Assembly: GCA_016870485.1 (NCBI GenBank)
Contig: VGBM01000001.1
Coordinates: 97,786-161,785 of the forward strand
Length of the DNA: 64,000 nucleotides
Source of the DNA: Actinomycetota bacterium
GTDB taxonomy: Bacteria > Actinomycetota > Thermoleophilia > Gaiellales > F1-60-MAGs149
Direction of reading: 5' to 3'
Made by a program: the position numbers and the translations under genes. This document shows positions 43,692 through 52,949 of the stretch, piece by piece (position 1 is the first letter of the stretch; each line of letters begins with the position of its first letter). Below the pieces are notes generated by a model that was not told the DNA's origin, ran no database searches, and saw nothing but the letters and a program-made list of their open reading frames with translations.

Positions 43692-43709
43692 ATCGGCAGG
43701 TCTGCCGAT
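43692..43709. promoter_or_regulatory. perfect inverted repeat ATCGGCAG-gt-CTGCCGAT (operator or terminator candidate)
   Basis: 8+8 nt palindrome in the 106-nt spacer between the Gfo/Idh/MocA stop (43724) and the HDAC-like start (43617). Confidence 0.35.
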
Positions 43710-43723
43710 GCCGGACCGCATCC

Positions 43724-44743
43724 TCATACCGCCTCCACGGCGCCCGATGCGATCGACCGGTTCGCGGCCAGCGCGATGCGGAGCGCGCGCAGCGCCTCCT
43801 CCCCCGTCGCCCGGTCGACGGGCGCGTCCACGGCGATCCGGTCGAGCAGGTACGCGCACTGCCGCGCCCACGGATCGCCCGACGCGACGTCGACGCGGGC
43901 GGCGTGGCCCGCGGCCGGGTGGCGGGTGAGCGCGTTGGCCGACTGGTCGACGCCACCGATGTTGCCGCCGTCCTCGCTCGCCCCGGCCGAGAACGGATAC
44001 TCAAGAATACCGGCGTCGCCGAGCACCCGGATCCCGCTCGTAAAGGGGTACGACGGCGGCAGGAGCAGCCCGCCCTCTACCACCCCGGTCCCGCGCTCGC
44101 AGGTGACGGTGGCGACGACGTGCTGCGACGCCCCGTACGGACCGCCGGGGACGGCGCCCGCGTGGACGCGCAGGGGCTCGCCGAGCAGCATCGAGACCTG
44201 GTCGAAGTCGTGCACCATCAGGTCGACGGCCGCGCCACCGGACTGGGCCGGATCGATCATCCACGTGTTCCAGTCGGGCGGCGGCGACAGCCGTAGCGCT
44301 GCGACGGAGCGGACCGCGCCGATCGCCCCCTGGGCGGCGAGGGCGTGGAGCTCCTCGTACTCGGGCCAGAAGCGCAGGACCAGCCCGACGAGGAGCCGCC
44401 GGCCGCTGGCGTCGCGGGCGGCGATGATCGCCTCCGCGTCGGCGGGGTCGAGCGCGATCGGCTTCTCGCACAGGACGTCCTTGCCGGCCGCGAAAGCCGC
44501 CTCGGCCCACGGCCGATGCAGGGACGTGGGCAGGCAGATGTCGACCACCTGGACGTCGTCGCGCGCGATCGCCGCGGCGAGGTCGTCGGTCGCCTCCGCC
44601 CCGCAGCCCTCGGCCACGGCCGCGGCCCCCGCCTGCGTGCGCGAGGCGACGACGCGCACGGCGGCGCGGTCGGCGTGCGCCGCCCAGGCCGCGGCGTGCG
44701 TCCGGGCCATAAAGCCCGAGCCGAGGATCGCGACGCCGGTCAT
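43724..44743 (-). CDS. Gfo/Idh/MocA-family oxidoreductase
   Basis: ATG 44743 (ATGA overlap). MTGVAILGSGFMARTH Rossmann motif and the EKP motif (VLCEKPIAL). 339 aa. Confidence 0.85.
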   Translation of the reverse strand: MTGVAILGSGFMARTHAAAWAAHADRAAVRVVASRTQAGAAAVAEGCGAEATDDLAAAIARDDVQVVDICLPTSLHRPWAEAAFAAGKDVLCEKPIALDPADAEAIIAARDASGRRLLVGLVLRFWPEYEELHALAAQGAIGAVRSVAALRLSPPPDWNTWMIDPAQSGGAAVDLMVHDFDQVSMLLGEPLRVHAGAVPGGPYGASQHVVATVTCERGTGVVEGGLLLPPSYPFTSGIRVLGDAGILEYPFSAGASEDGGNIGGVDQSANALTRHPAAGHAARVDVASGDPWARQCAYLLDRIAVDAPVDRATGEEALRALRIALAANRSIASGAVEAV

Positions 44744-45543
44744 CCGAGCTCGAGGCCGTGGAGGTGGTCGTGCGCCCGCGTCATCGCGGCGGTCACCTCG
44801 TCGAGCGGCGGCCAGGGCTCGCCCTGGAACTCGACCTCGACCGACAGCGGTCCAGTGTAGCCGCCGTCCTCCAGCACGCGCAGGATCGCCGCGAAGTCGA
44901 CGTCGCCGTCGCCGGGCGCCGGGAAGTCCCACTCGCCCTTGCCGCCGCGCTTGTCCTTGAGGTGCACGTTGGCGAGGTACGGCAGCATCGTGGCGATGTC
45001 GTCCGCCGCGGCGGTGTCGCCGTAGAACTCGCAGTTGGCGGTGTCGTACGCGACCTTCACGCGCGGGTGGCCGATCCGCTCGAGCAGCGGCACGGTCAGC
45101 GCGCCGGTGGCCATGATGTCCCCGTGGATCTCGAGGGCGACGTCGACCCCCGCCTCGTCGGCCGCGGCGGCCAGCCGCCCGATGCCCTCGAGGAAGGCGG
45201 ACTCGTTCTCGTCCTGGCTCGAGTGGCCGCCGATCGCGGTGTTCATCACGGGGCAGCCCCACTCCGCGCACCAGCGCACGGCCTTGATGCCGAGGTCGAC
45301 GCCCGCGGGCGTGGTCAGGTCCGAGTGGCCGCTCAGCACCGTCAGGTCGAGGCCGTAGTGGTCGAGCCGGGCCTTCAGCTCGGACTGCGGCGCGTCGAGG
45401 TCGACATGCTCCGTCCAGCCGAGGACGGCCGTCATCTCGACGGCGTCGTAGCCGGCCTCGGCGATGCCGGCCAGCGCCTGGTCGACGTCGTACGTGTGGT
45501 AGCTGTTGCTGTGCCCCGCCAAGCGGTTGCGCATCAGAACCAT
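44740..45543 (-). CDS. sugar-phosphate isomerase/epimerase (xylose-isomerase-like TIM barrel), copy 1
   Basis: 267 aa: GYDAVE, ALEIH, HLKDKRGGKGEWDFPAPGDGDVDF...GYTGPLSVEVEF. Confidence 0.8.
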   Translation of the reverse strand: MVLMRNRLAGHSNSYHTYDVDQALAGIAEAGYDAVEMTAVLGWTEHVDLDAPQSELKARLDHYGLDLTVLSGHSDLTTPAGVDLGIKAVRWCAEWGCPVMNTAIGGHSSQDENESAFLEGIGRLAAAADEAGVDVALEIHGDIMATGALTVPLLERIGHPRVKVAYDTANCEFYGDTAAADDIATMLPYLANVHLKDKRGGKGEWDFPAPGDGDVDFAAILRVLEDGGYTGPLSVEVEFQGEPWPPLDEVTAAMTRAHDHLHGLELG

Positions 45544-45890
45544 CCCTCCTCATCGGGGTCGCGGTACTCCATGAACTCGACGACACCGCCGTCGACGAGG
45601 ACGAACGCGACGCGCGCGAAGCCCTCCCCGACGACGAACGGCTCGAGCAGCACCTCATGCCCCGCGATGGAGGCGTCGAGGTCCGTCGTGCGGTAGGCCA
45701 CGTGCGGCGCGGTGCGCAGCGGGCCGGTCACCTCCGAGTCGTTACGGAAGCGCAGGAACTCGACGTTGTGCGAGTGGTCGCGCGGGTTGGTCACCCAGAC
45801 GCGCGTCGCCTCGACCCAGGTCTCCCTGGGCCGCTCCTCCTCGGTGATCACGCCGATGTGGTCGAACTCCACGCGTCGGACCGCGGCCAT
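45534..45890 (-). CDS. VOC (glyoxalase-fold)-like small protein
   Basis: ATG 45890 with a GAGAGGAGGG RBS. 118 aa beginning RRVEFDHIGVIT. The family call is tentative. Confidence 0.55.
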   Translation of the reverse strand: MAAVRRVEFDHIGVITEEERPRETWVEATRVWVTNPRDHSHNVEFLRFRNDSEVTGPLRTAPHVAYRTTDLDASIAGHEVLLEPFVVGEGFARVAFVLVDGGVVEFMEYRDPDEEGWF

Positions 45891-46068
45891 CGCACCCTCC
45901 TCTCCGCAGGGCGCAATCGAACCAGTACTCCGGGGTTCGGTCAAGCGACCGATCGCGGTCGGCGGTGCGGCGCGGGTCAGGGCACGCGGCCGGCGAGCCC
46001 GAGGCGGTCGAGGCAGTCCGACACGGTCGCGTCGCACCGCAAGGGTCCGGCGGGCTCGGGCATCGCTC

Positions 46069-46074
46069 TATAGT
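46069..46074 (+). promoter_or_regulatory. -10-like hexamer TATAGT, 6 nt before ATG 46081
   Basis: ctcTATAGTacgcgcATG is the closest match to TATAAT in the window. No SD. Confidence 0.5.
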
Positions 46075-46080
46075 ACGCGC

Positions 46081-46818
46081 ATGCCTGGCCACCGGGTCGA
46101 CCGCCTCGCCGCCCCGGAGGTGCGCGCCCTCGCCGCCGCCGGCGCGCCGGCGCTGTGGGCGATCGGCTCCACGGAGCAGCACGGCGGCCACCTCGTCACG
46201 GGCTTCGACCGCTTCAGCGCGGAGGCCGTCTGCGTCGGCGCCGCCGAGCACGCGGGGATCGACGTCGCGCTCCTGCCGCCCCTGCCGTACGGCGCCTCCG
46301 ACCACTGGCTGCCACTCGGCGCCACCTGGTCGCTCAGGGCCGCGACCCTCGTCGACGTGCTCGCTGACGTCGCCCGCTCCGCCGACCACGCCGGCTTCCG
46401 GCGGCTCGTGATCGTCAATGGCCACGCCGGCAACATCGGGCCGGGCCTGACCGCCCTCGCCGAGACGGGCGCCGGCGCCTGCCGCGTCGAGTTCGTCTCC
46501 TACTGGACCCTCGTCGACGGCGCCGAGGCGCGGGCGCTCTCGCCCCGCGACGAGGGCGGCGTCGGCCACGCCGGCGAGGTCGAGACCGCGATCGCCCTGC
46601 ACCTCGGCGGCCTCGCCGTCGAGGAGCGCCTGCCGGCCCCGGCGGGCAAGGCCCTCGCCGAAGGGCCCGGCTCGCCCGATCCCGTGGCGCGCCTGCCCCG
46701 CCCCCTCGACGAGTCACCCGGTGGCGTCTACGGCGACCCCGGCGGCGCCACCGAGGAGCTCGGCCGGCTGATGATCGAGCAGGCGATCGCGCGCCTCGCG
46801 GCGCGCCTGACCGGGTGA
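46081..46818 (+). CDS. creatininase-family amidohydrolase
   Basis: 245 aa: GSTEQHGGHL, PYGASDHW, IVNGHAGN, GHAGEVETA (family metal ligands). Confidence 0.85.
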   Translation: MPGHRVDRLAAPEVRALAAAGAPALWAIGSTEQHGGHLVTGFDRFSAEAVCVGAAEHAGIDVALLPPLPYGASDHWLPLGATWSLRAATLVDVLADVARSADHAGFRRLVIVNGHAGNIGPGLTALAETGAGACRVEFVSYWTLVDGAEARALSPRDEGGVGHAGEVETAIALHLGGLAVEERLPAPAGKALAEGPGSPDPVARLPRPLDESPGGVYGDPGGATEELGRLMIEQAIARLAARLTG

Positions 46819-47900
46819 TCGGCCTCGTCGTCAACCCCGTCGCCGGCCTCGGCGGAGCCGTGGGCCTGAAGGGCACGGACGGCATGGTCGACGAGGCGCT
46901 CGCGCGCGGCGCGGTGCCGCGGGCCGGCGAGCGGGCCGCGCTCGCGGTCCGGGCGCTCCCCGCCGACGTGCCCCTGGCCACGGCCGCTGGCGCCATGGGC
47001 GCCGACGCGGTGCGCGCGGCCGGCCGCGAGCCCGAGCTCGTGGTGGCGGGCGGCGCGACGGACACGACCGCCGACGACACCCGGCGCGCCGTCGCGGCGC
47101 TCGCCGACGCCGGCTGCGAGCTGATCCTGTTCGCCGGCGGCGACGGCACGGCGCGCGACGTCTGCGCCGTGATCGGCGATCGCGTCCCCGCGCTGGGCGT
47201 GCCCGCCGGCGTCAAGATCCAGAGCGCCGCCTTCGCGGAGTCGCCGCGCCGCGCGGGCGAACTGGCCGGCGCCTGGCTGACGGGCCGCCGCCGCGAGCGC
47301 CCGGCCGAGGTCGTCGACCTCGACGAGGACGCCGTTCCCGCCGGCCGCGTCGGCCCGAGCCTCTACGGCGCCCTGCGCGTACCGCTCGGGCCCGGCCTCG
47401 TGGCCAGCGCGAAGTCGCCGAGCCACGACGAGGACCCCGCCGCCGTCAGCGGGATCGCGGCCCGCATGGCCGAGCGGATCGGCGACGGCACCGCCATCCT
47501 CGGCCCCGGCACGACGGTAGCCGCGGTCGGCCGCGAACTCGGCCTCGACACCACCCTCGTGGGGGTCGACCTCGTCCGCGCCGGCGCGCTCGTCCTGCGC
47601 GACGCCGCCGAGCGCGACCTGCTCGAGGCCCTCGACGACGACGGGGCCATGATCGTCGTGACGCCGATCGGCGGGCAGGGCTTCGTCCTCGGCCGCGGGA
47701 ACCAGCAGATCTCCCCCGCCGTGCTCGGGCGGGCCGGGATCGGTCGTTTGACCGTCGTGGCGACCCCTGCCAAACTCGCTGTGCTGGGCGCCCGCCCGTT
47801 GATCGTCGACACCGGCGACGACGCGACGGACGCCGAGCTCCGCGGCTGGCACCGGCTGGTCACGGGATACGACGAGGAGACCATCTACCGGGTGGAGTGA
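46815..47900 (+). CDS. ATP-NAD kinase-family protein (COG3199/AcoX-like)
   Basis: 361 aa: MIGLVVNPVAGLGG..., FAGGDGTARD, GGQGFVLGRGNQQ. GTGA overlap with the creatininase gene. Confidence 0.75.
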   Translation: MIGLVVNPVAGLGGAVGLKGTDGMVDEALARGAVPRAGERAALAVRALPADVPLATAAGAMGADAVRAAGREPELVVAGGATDTTADDTRRAVAALADAGCELILFAGGDGTARDVCAVIGDRVPALGVPAGVKIQSAAFAESPRRAGELAGAWLTGRRRERPAEVVDLDEDAVPAGRVGPSLYGALRVPLGPGLVASAKSPSHDEDPAAVSGIAARMAERIGDGTAILGPGTTVAAVGRELGLDTTLVGVDLVRAGALVLRDAAERDLLEALDDDGAMIVVTPIGGQGFVLGRGNQQISPAVLGRAGIGRLTVVATPAKLAVLGARPLIVDTGDDATDAELRGWHRLVTGYDEETIYRVE

Positions 47901-47904
47901 GGAC

Positions 47905-49278
47905 ATGCCGCATCCGTACATTCCGAACTCGGCGCCCGAGGTCCGCCGCGAGATGCTCGACGCCATCGGCGTCGACTCCGTGGAGGACCTCTACCGCCCG
48001 ATCCCCTCGGAGCTGCGCTTCCAGGGGCGACTGCCGCTCGAGGAGGGCATCCCCGAGGAGGGGCGCCTGCGCCGCCACGTCGAGGGCATCCTGCGCCGCA
48101 ACACCCCGGCCACGGACGTCCTCAGCTTCCTCGGCGCCGGCTGCTACCAGCACGAGGTGCCCGCCGTCTGCGACGAGATCAACCGCCGCGGCGAGTTCGT
48201 CACCTCCTACGCCGGCGACGTCTACGGCGACCACGGCCGCCTGCAGGCCCTGTGGGAGTTCCAGGACGTGATGGCCGAGCTGATCGAGATGGATGTCGTC
48301 ACCACTCCGAACTACGACTGGTCGACGGCCGCCGCGATGTGCCTGCGCAGCAGCGTCATGCTGACGGGCCGCAAGCGCGTCCTCGTGCCCGCCGCGCTCC
48401 TGCTCGACCGCCGCCTCGTCTTCCAGGACTACCTGGCGCACGACGTGCAGGTCGACGAGATCCCCTTCGACGAGGCGACCGGCCTGCTCGACCTCGCGGC
48501 CCTGCAAGCCGCGATCGGCGACGACGTCGCCGCCGTCTACGTCGAGTACCCGAACGCGCTCGGCGTGATCGAGCACCAGGCCGGCGAGGCCGTCGAGATC
48601 GCCCACGAGCACGGCGCGATGGCCGTCGTCGGCGCCGACCCCTCGGGCCTCGGCGTGCTGGCCTCGCCCGGCTCGCTCGGCGCCGACTTCGCGGTCGGCG
48701 ACCTGCAGCCCCTCGGGATGCACATGTCCTACGGCGGCGGGCTGTCCGGCTACATCGGCTGCCGCAACGACGCCGAGGTGATCGGGTCGCTGCCCGTCTT
48801 CATCTTCGCGAAGACGGCGACCCTCGAGCCCGGCCAGCACGGCTTCGGCTACCTCAACTTCGACCGCACGCACTACGTCAAGCGCGGCGAGGGCTCCCAG
48901 AACGGCGGCACCACCACCGCGCTGTGGGCGATCACCGCCGCCGCATACCTCGGCCTGCACGGCCCCGAGGGCATGCGCGAGCTGGGCGAGGGCCTCCTGC
49001 AGCGGACGCGCTACGCGGCCGACCGGATCGGCGCCCTGCCGGGCGTGACGGCGCCGCGCTTCACGGGCGCCAGCCTGAAGGAGTTCGTCGTGACGTACGA
49101 CGCCCACGACGTGGCGAGCGTCGACGCCGCCCTGCGCGAGCGGGGCATCTTCGGCGGCAAGGACCTCTCGGTCGATTTCCCCTCGCTCGGGCGCAGCTCG
49201 CTCTGGGCGGTCACCGAGGTCCACACGAAAGACGACATCGACCGCCTGGTCGCGACCCTCGGGGAGGTCCTCGCATGA
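47905..49278 (+). CDS. gcvPA: glycine dehydrogenase (decarboxylating) subunit 1-like
   Basis: 457 aa: MPHPYIPNSAPEVRREMLDAIGV...FLGAGCYQHEVPAV...SYAGDVYGDHGRLQALWEFQ. Confidence 0.8.
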   Translation: MPHPYIPNSAPEVRREMLDAIGVDSVEDLYRPIPSELRFQGRLPLEEGIPEEGRLRRHVEGILRRNTPATDVLSFLGAGCYQHEVPAVCDEINRRGEFVTSYAGDVYGDHGRLQALWEFQDVMAELIEMDVVTTPNYDWSTAAAMCLRSSVMLTGRKRVLVPAALLLDRRLVFQDYLAHDVQVDEIPFDEATGLLDLAALQAAIGDDVAAVYVEYPNALGVIEHQAGEAVEIAHEHGAMAVVGADPSGLGVLASPGSLGADFAVGDLQPLGMHMSYGGGLSGYIGCRNDAEVIGSLPVFIFAKTATLEPGQHGFGYLNFDRTHYVKRGEGSQNGGTTTALWAITAAAYLGLHGPEGMRELGEGLLQRTRYAADRIGALPGVTAPRFTGASLKEFVVTYDAHDVASVDAALRERGIFGGKDLSVDFPSLGRSSLWAVTEVHTKDDIDRLVATLGEVLA

Positions 49279-50822
49279 GCCCGCAGTTCCAACAGGCCCG
49301 CTGGAGCGAGCCGCTCCTGTCCGAAATCGGCACCCCCGGCGAGCGCGGCTACGTGCCGACCGCCCCGGAGGCCGAGATCGCGGCCCACGCGCCCGACCCG
49401 CTGGCGGCGATCCCGCCGGCGTTCCGCCGCGCGACCGCGCCGGCCCTGCCGCAGGTCGCCCAGCCGCAGCTCCTGCGCCACTTCTACCGGCTCTCGCAGG
49501 AGACCCTCGGCAACGACGTGGCCGTCGACTTCGGCCTCGGCACCTGCACGATGAAGTACTCGCCGAAGGTCAACGAGCACCTCGTGCGCATGCCCGAGGT
49601 GCAGGACCTGCACCCCGCGCAGCACGAGGACACGGTGCAGGGCATCCTCGAGGTGCTCTGGCGTCTCGAGCAGATGCTGTGCGCGATCTCCGGCCTCGAC
49701 CGCTTCACGCTCCAGCCCCCGTCGGGCTCGGCCGCGGTCTACACGAACGCCTCGATCATCCGCGCGTACCACGCGTCGCGCGGCGAGGGCGAGCAGCGCG
49801 ACGAGATCGTCTCGTCGGTGTTCTCGCACCCGTGCGACCAGTCCGGTCCGTGGTCGGCCGGCTTCAAGGTCGTCGAGCTCTACCCCGGCCCGAACGGCTA
49901 CCCCGAGCTGGACGCCCTCAAGGCGGCCCTCTCGAACCGCACGGCCGGCATCGTGATCACGAACCCCGAGGACACGGGCATCTACAACCCGCACATCGCG
50001 GAGTTCACGCGGCTCGTGCACGAGGCCGGTGGCCTCTGCGTCTACGACCAGGCCAACGCCAACGGCATCCTCGGGATCGCCCGAGCCCGCGAGGCCGGGT
50101 TCGACCTCTGCCACTTCAACATGCACAAGACGTTCTCGTCGCCGCACAACGGCATGGGCCCGGCGATGGGCGCCTCCGGCGTCAAGGAGGAGCTCGCGCG
50201 CTTCCTGCCGGCCCCGGTCGTCGAGAGGCGGGGCGACCGCTTCGAGCTCGACTGGAACCGGCCCGAGTCGATCGGCAAGATCCGCAGCTTCGTCGGCAAC
50301 GCCCAGATCGCGGTGCGCTCCTACGCGTGGATCCTCGCACTGGGCCCCGACGGCATCCGCGAGGTCGCGGAGACGGCGGTCCTGAACGCGAACTACCTGG
50401 CCACGCGCCTGCGCGAGGTGCCGGGGATGTCGCAGCCCTTCCCCACCTCGAACACGCCGATCGAGCAGTTCCGCTGGTCGCTCGAGGCGCTGCGCGAGGA
50501 GACCGGGGTCGGCTCGGCCGACGTCAGCCGCAACCTCGCCGACTACGGCTACCAGCCCGTGTTCGGCAGCCATCACCCGTTTATCGTCCCCGAGCCGCTC
50601 ACACCGGAGGCCTCCGAGTCGTTCTCCAAGGAGGACATCGACGGCTGGGCCGACGCGATGATCGACATCGCCAAGCGCGCGCAGACCGACGCGGACGACG
50701 TCCTCGAGGGGCCGTACCGCAACGCCTGCCGGCGGATCGACGCGGCCGCCCTGGACGATCCAGAGCGCTGGGTGCCGTCCTCGCGGGCGGAGCGGACGAA
50801 GGGCGCCGTCAGGGGCGACTAG
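49275..50822 (+). CDS. gcvPB: glycine dehydrogenase (decarboxylating) subunit 2-like, divergent
   Basis: ATGA overlap with gcvPA. 515 aa: LGTCTMKYSPKVNE, HFNMHKTFSSPHNGMGPAMG (PLP-Lys retained, Gly-rich loop altered), AVLNANYLATRL. Confidence 0.8.
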   Translation: MSPQFQQARWSEPLLSEIGTPGERGYVPTAPEAEIAAHAPDPLAAIPPAFRRATAPALPQVAQPQLLRHFYRLSQETLGNDVAVDFGLGTCTMKYSPKVNEHLVRMPEVQDLHPAQHEDTVQGILEVLWRLEQMLCAISGLDRFTLQPPSGSAAVYTNASIIRAYHASRGEGEQRDEIVSSVFSHPCDQSGPWSAGFKVVELYPGPNGYPELDALKAALSNRTAGIVITNPEDTGIYNPHIAEFTRLVHEAGGLCVYDQANANGILGIARAREAGFDLCHFNMHKTFSSPHNGMGPAMGASGVKEELARFLPAPVVERRGDRFELDWNRPESIGKIRSFVGNAQIAVRSYAWILALGPDGIREVAETAVLNANYLATRLREVPGMSQPFPTSNTPIEQFRWSLEALREETGVGSADVSRNLADYGYQPVFGSHHPFIVPEPLTPEASESFSKEDIDGWADAMIDIAKRAQTDADDVLEGPYRNACRRIDAAALDDPERWVPSSRAERTKGAVRGD

Positions 50823-50847
50823 CCCCCACCGGCCCCGTGCCGGCGGC

Positions 50848-52113
50848 CTAGAAGAAGGTGTGGATCGCGCCGGTCACGCGGCGCTCGGCGTCGACGAGCG
50901 GCAGCATGCGCCACTTGTCGAACGCCGTGCACGGGTGGCTGACGCCGCAGCCGACGAGATCGCCCACGCGGAGATCGTCGGCCGCGGGGCCGCGCAGGAA
51001 GGCGTGCTGGTCGTTGAGGGCCACGATCGCGCACTCGCCGATCGGCGCGAGCGCCCCGTCGCGGGCCTGCCAGCGCGGCAGCGGCAGGTCGATGTCGAAG
51101 GGCACGTCGCGCTTGCCCATCCCGAGGATCGCGAGGCCCGACTCGGGCTGCGAGAGGACCGCGGCCCACGCCTCGAGCGCGGGCACGAGCGCCCCGACGC
51201 CGATCCGGCCGCGCTCGAACGGCGACAATCGCCGGTAGAGCCCCTCGTCGTGGGTGACCGTGCAGCCGGAGCGCAGGACGAGCCGCACGGGGCGGCCGAT
51301 CTGCGGGCGCAGGACCGCCTCGACGCGGTCGAACCAGGCGCTGCCGCCGGCGCTCGCCACCACCTCGTCGGCCTCGTCGAGGAGCCCCTCGGCGGCGAAC
51401 CGCTCGAGGGCGGCCCGCACCTCGCCGAGGTAGGCGTCGACCCGGGCCTCCACCACCGCGGGATCGTCGCCGTGGATGTGCCCCTCCCAGCCGGCGACGC
51501 CGCCGAGGATGACGCCCTCGGCCGCTGCGGCGGCGCGTGCCGTCGCGTCGGCGGCCTCCGCATCGCGGGCGCCCGCGCGCCCGTCGGGCATCCCGATCTC
51601 GACCAGGACCCGCACCGGCGGGTCGCCGTCCGCGCGGGCCGCAAGGAGCCGATCTACGCCGGCCGGGGCGTCGACGAGCAGCCAGACGTCGCTGCCGCCG
51701 CGCTGCGCCGCCCCAATCCAGCCGAGCCCCGCCGGGTCGACGACCTCGTTGGCGATCAGGATCCGGGGCACGCCGAAGTCCGCACAGACCCGAGCCTGCG
51801 CGATCGTGGCCACGGTGATCGCCCAGCAGCCCGCGGCGAGCTGGCGGCGGAAGAGCTCCGGCGCCATCGTGGTCTTGCCGTGCGGCGCGAGCGAGGCGTT
51901 GTGCGCGGCGCACCAGGCCCGCATCGTGGCGATGTTCGCGTCGAGGGCGTCCTCGCGCAGGGCGAGGACGGGCAGCGGAAGGTCGCCGTCGAGGAGCGAC
52001 CAGCCCCGCTCGCGGACGTCGGCGGGCGTCGGCGGCGGGTCCGCGGCCGGGAAGCCCTTGTAGCGCCAGTCGATCGGGTCGACGCTCAGCGCCGCGAGAG
52101 CCGCCTCGTCCAT
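50848..52113 (-). CDS. PLP enzyme with alanine-racemase-N-like fold (D-serine dehydratase / D-threonine aldolase-like amino-acid deaminase family)
   Basis: 421 aa: LAPHGKTTM (putative PLP Lys), a barrel region, and a C-terminal ...NDQHAFL...GDLVGCGVSHPCTAFDKW. Confidence 0.7.
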   Translation of the reverse strand: MDEAALAALSVDPIDWRYKGFPAADPPPTPADVRERGWSLLDGDLPLPVLALREDALDANIATMRAWCAAHNASLAPHGKTTMAPELFRRQLAAGCWAITVATIAQARVCADFGVPRILIANEVVDPAGLGWIGAAQRGGSDVWLLVDAPAGVDRLLAARADGDPPVRVLVEIGMPDGRAGARDAEAADATARAAAAAEGVILGGVAGWEGHIHGDDPAVVEARVDAYLGEVRAALERFAAEGLLDEADEVVASAGGSAWFDRVEAVLRPQIGRPVRLVLRSGCTVTHDEGLYRRLSPFERGRIGVGALVPALEAWAAVLSQPESGLAILGMGKRDVPFDIDLPLPRWQARDGALAPIGECAIVALNDQHAFLRGPAADDLRVGDLVGCGVSHPCTAFDKWRMLPLVDAERRVTGAIHTFF

Positions 52114-52119
52114 GGGGCC

Positions 52120-52129
52120 AGTGTACGAT
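52120..52129. promoter_or_regulatory. overlapping divergent -10-like boxes: TACACT (minus, 6 nt before ATG 52113) and TACGAT (plus, 19 nt before ATG 52149)
   Basis: fwd agtgtacgat. The minus gene is leaderless-type. The plus gene has GGAGGGGGG between the box and its ATG. Confidence 0.4.
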
Positions 52130-52148
52130 CACCGCCGGAGGGGGGCGC

Positions 52149-52949
52149 ATGGATCTGCAGGGCAGAAGTGCGGTCGTCACGGGCGGCGGCGGCGGGATCG
52201 GCAACGCGACGGTCGAGCTGCTCGCCGGGCGCGACGCGCGGGTGGCGTTCAACGACATCCGGCCGGAGCGGGCCGAGCCGGTCGCCGAGGCGCTGCGCGC
52301 CCGCGGCCTCGCGGTGGTCGCCGCGGTCGGCGACGCCGGCACCCCGGAGGGCGTGGACGGCCTCGTCGCACTCGCCGAGCGCGAGCACGGCCCCGTCGAC
52401 ATCCTCGTCTGCAACGCCTTCGCCTGCATCGCCGACGGCGTGGCCACCATGCCGCTCGCGGACTGGCGCCACGACGTCGAGGGCACGCTGACGAGCGCGT
52501 TCATCGCGATCCAGCGCGTCCTGCCCGGCATGCTCGAGCGGGGCCGCGGATCGATCGTCACCGTCGGCTCGGTCAACATGCGCGGCTACTACGGCGGCGA
52601 GGCCTACTCCGCCGCCAAGGCCGGCCTCGAGAGCCTGACGCGCGGCGTGGCGGTGCGCTACGGGCCCCGCGGCGTGCGCGCCAACATGGTGATGCCCGGC
52701 TCGATCCTGACCGACGTGCACCGCATCCGCGAGGAGGCCGAGCCCGGCTACCTCGACCGCCTGCGCCGCTGGTACCCGCTCGGGCGCATCGGCGAGCCCG
52801 GCGACGTGGCCGAGGCGATCGCCTTCCTCGCCTCCGACCAGGCGGCCTGGATCACCGGCGCCACGCTCGCCGTCGACGGCGGGCTGACCGCCGGCAACGG
52901 CGTGATGACGGGCGAGCTCGTGGTCGAGTTCGGCGACGGCGAGCGGTGA
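52149..52949 (+). CDS. SDR-family oxidoreductase
   Basis: 266 aa: TGGGGGIG, catalytic YSAAKAG. Confidence 0.85.
   Translation: MDLQGRSAVVTGGGGGIGNATVELLAGRDARVAFNDIRPERAEPVAEALRARGLAVVAAVGDAGTPEGVDGLVALAEREHGPVDILVCNAFACIADGVATMPLADWRHDVEGTLTSAFIAIQRVLPGMLERGRGSIVTVGSVNMRGYYGGEAYSAAKAGLESLTRGVAVRYGPRGVRANMVMPGSILTDVHRIREEAEPGYLDRLRRWYPLGRIGEPGDVAEAIAFLASDQAAWITGATLAVDGGLTAGNGVMTGELVVEFGDGER

Noticed and set aside
45891-46080. Possible glycine riboswitch ahead of the GcvP-like operon.
   Set aside because: The best -10 box (TATAGT) ends 6 nt before the ATG, which leaves no leader. No tandem glycine-aptamer-like conserved segments are visible in the 190-nt divergent spacer. A covariance-model scan would be decisive.
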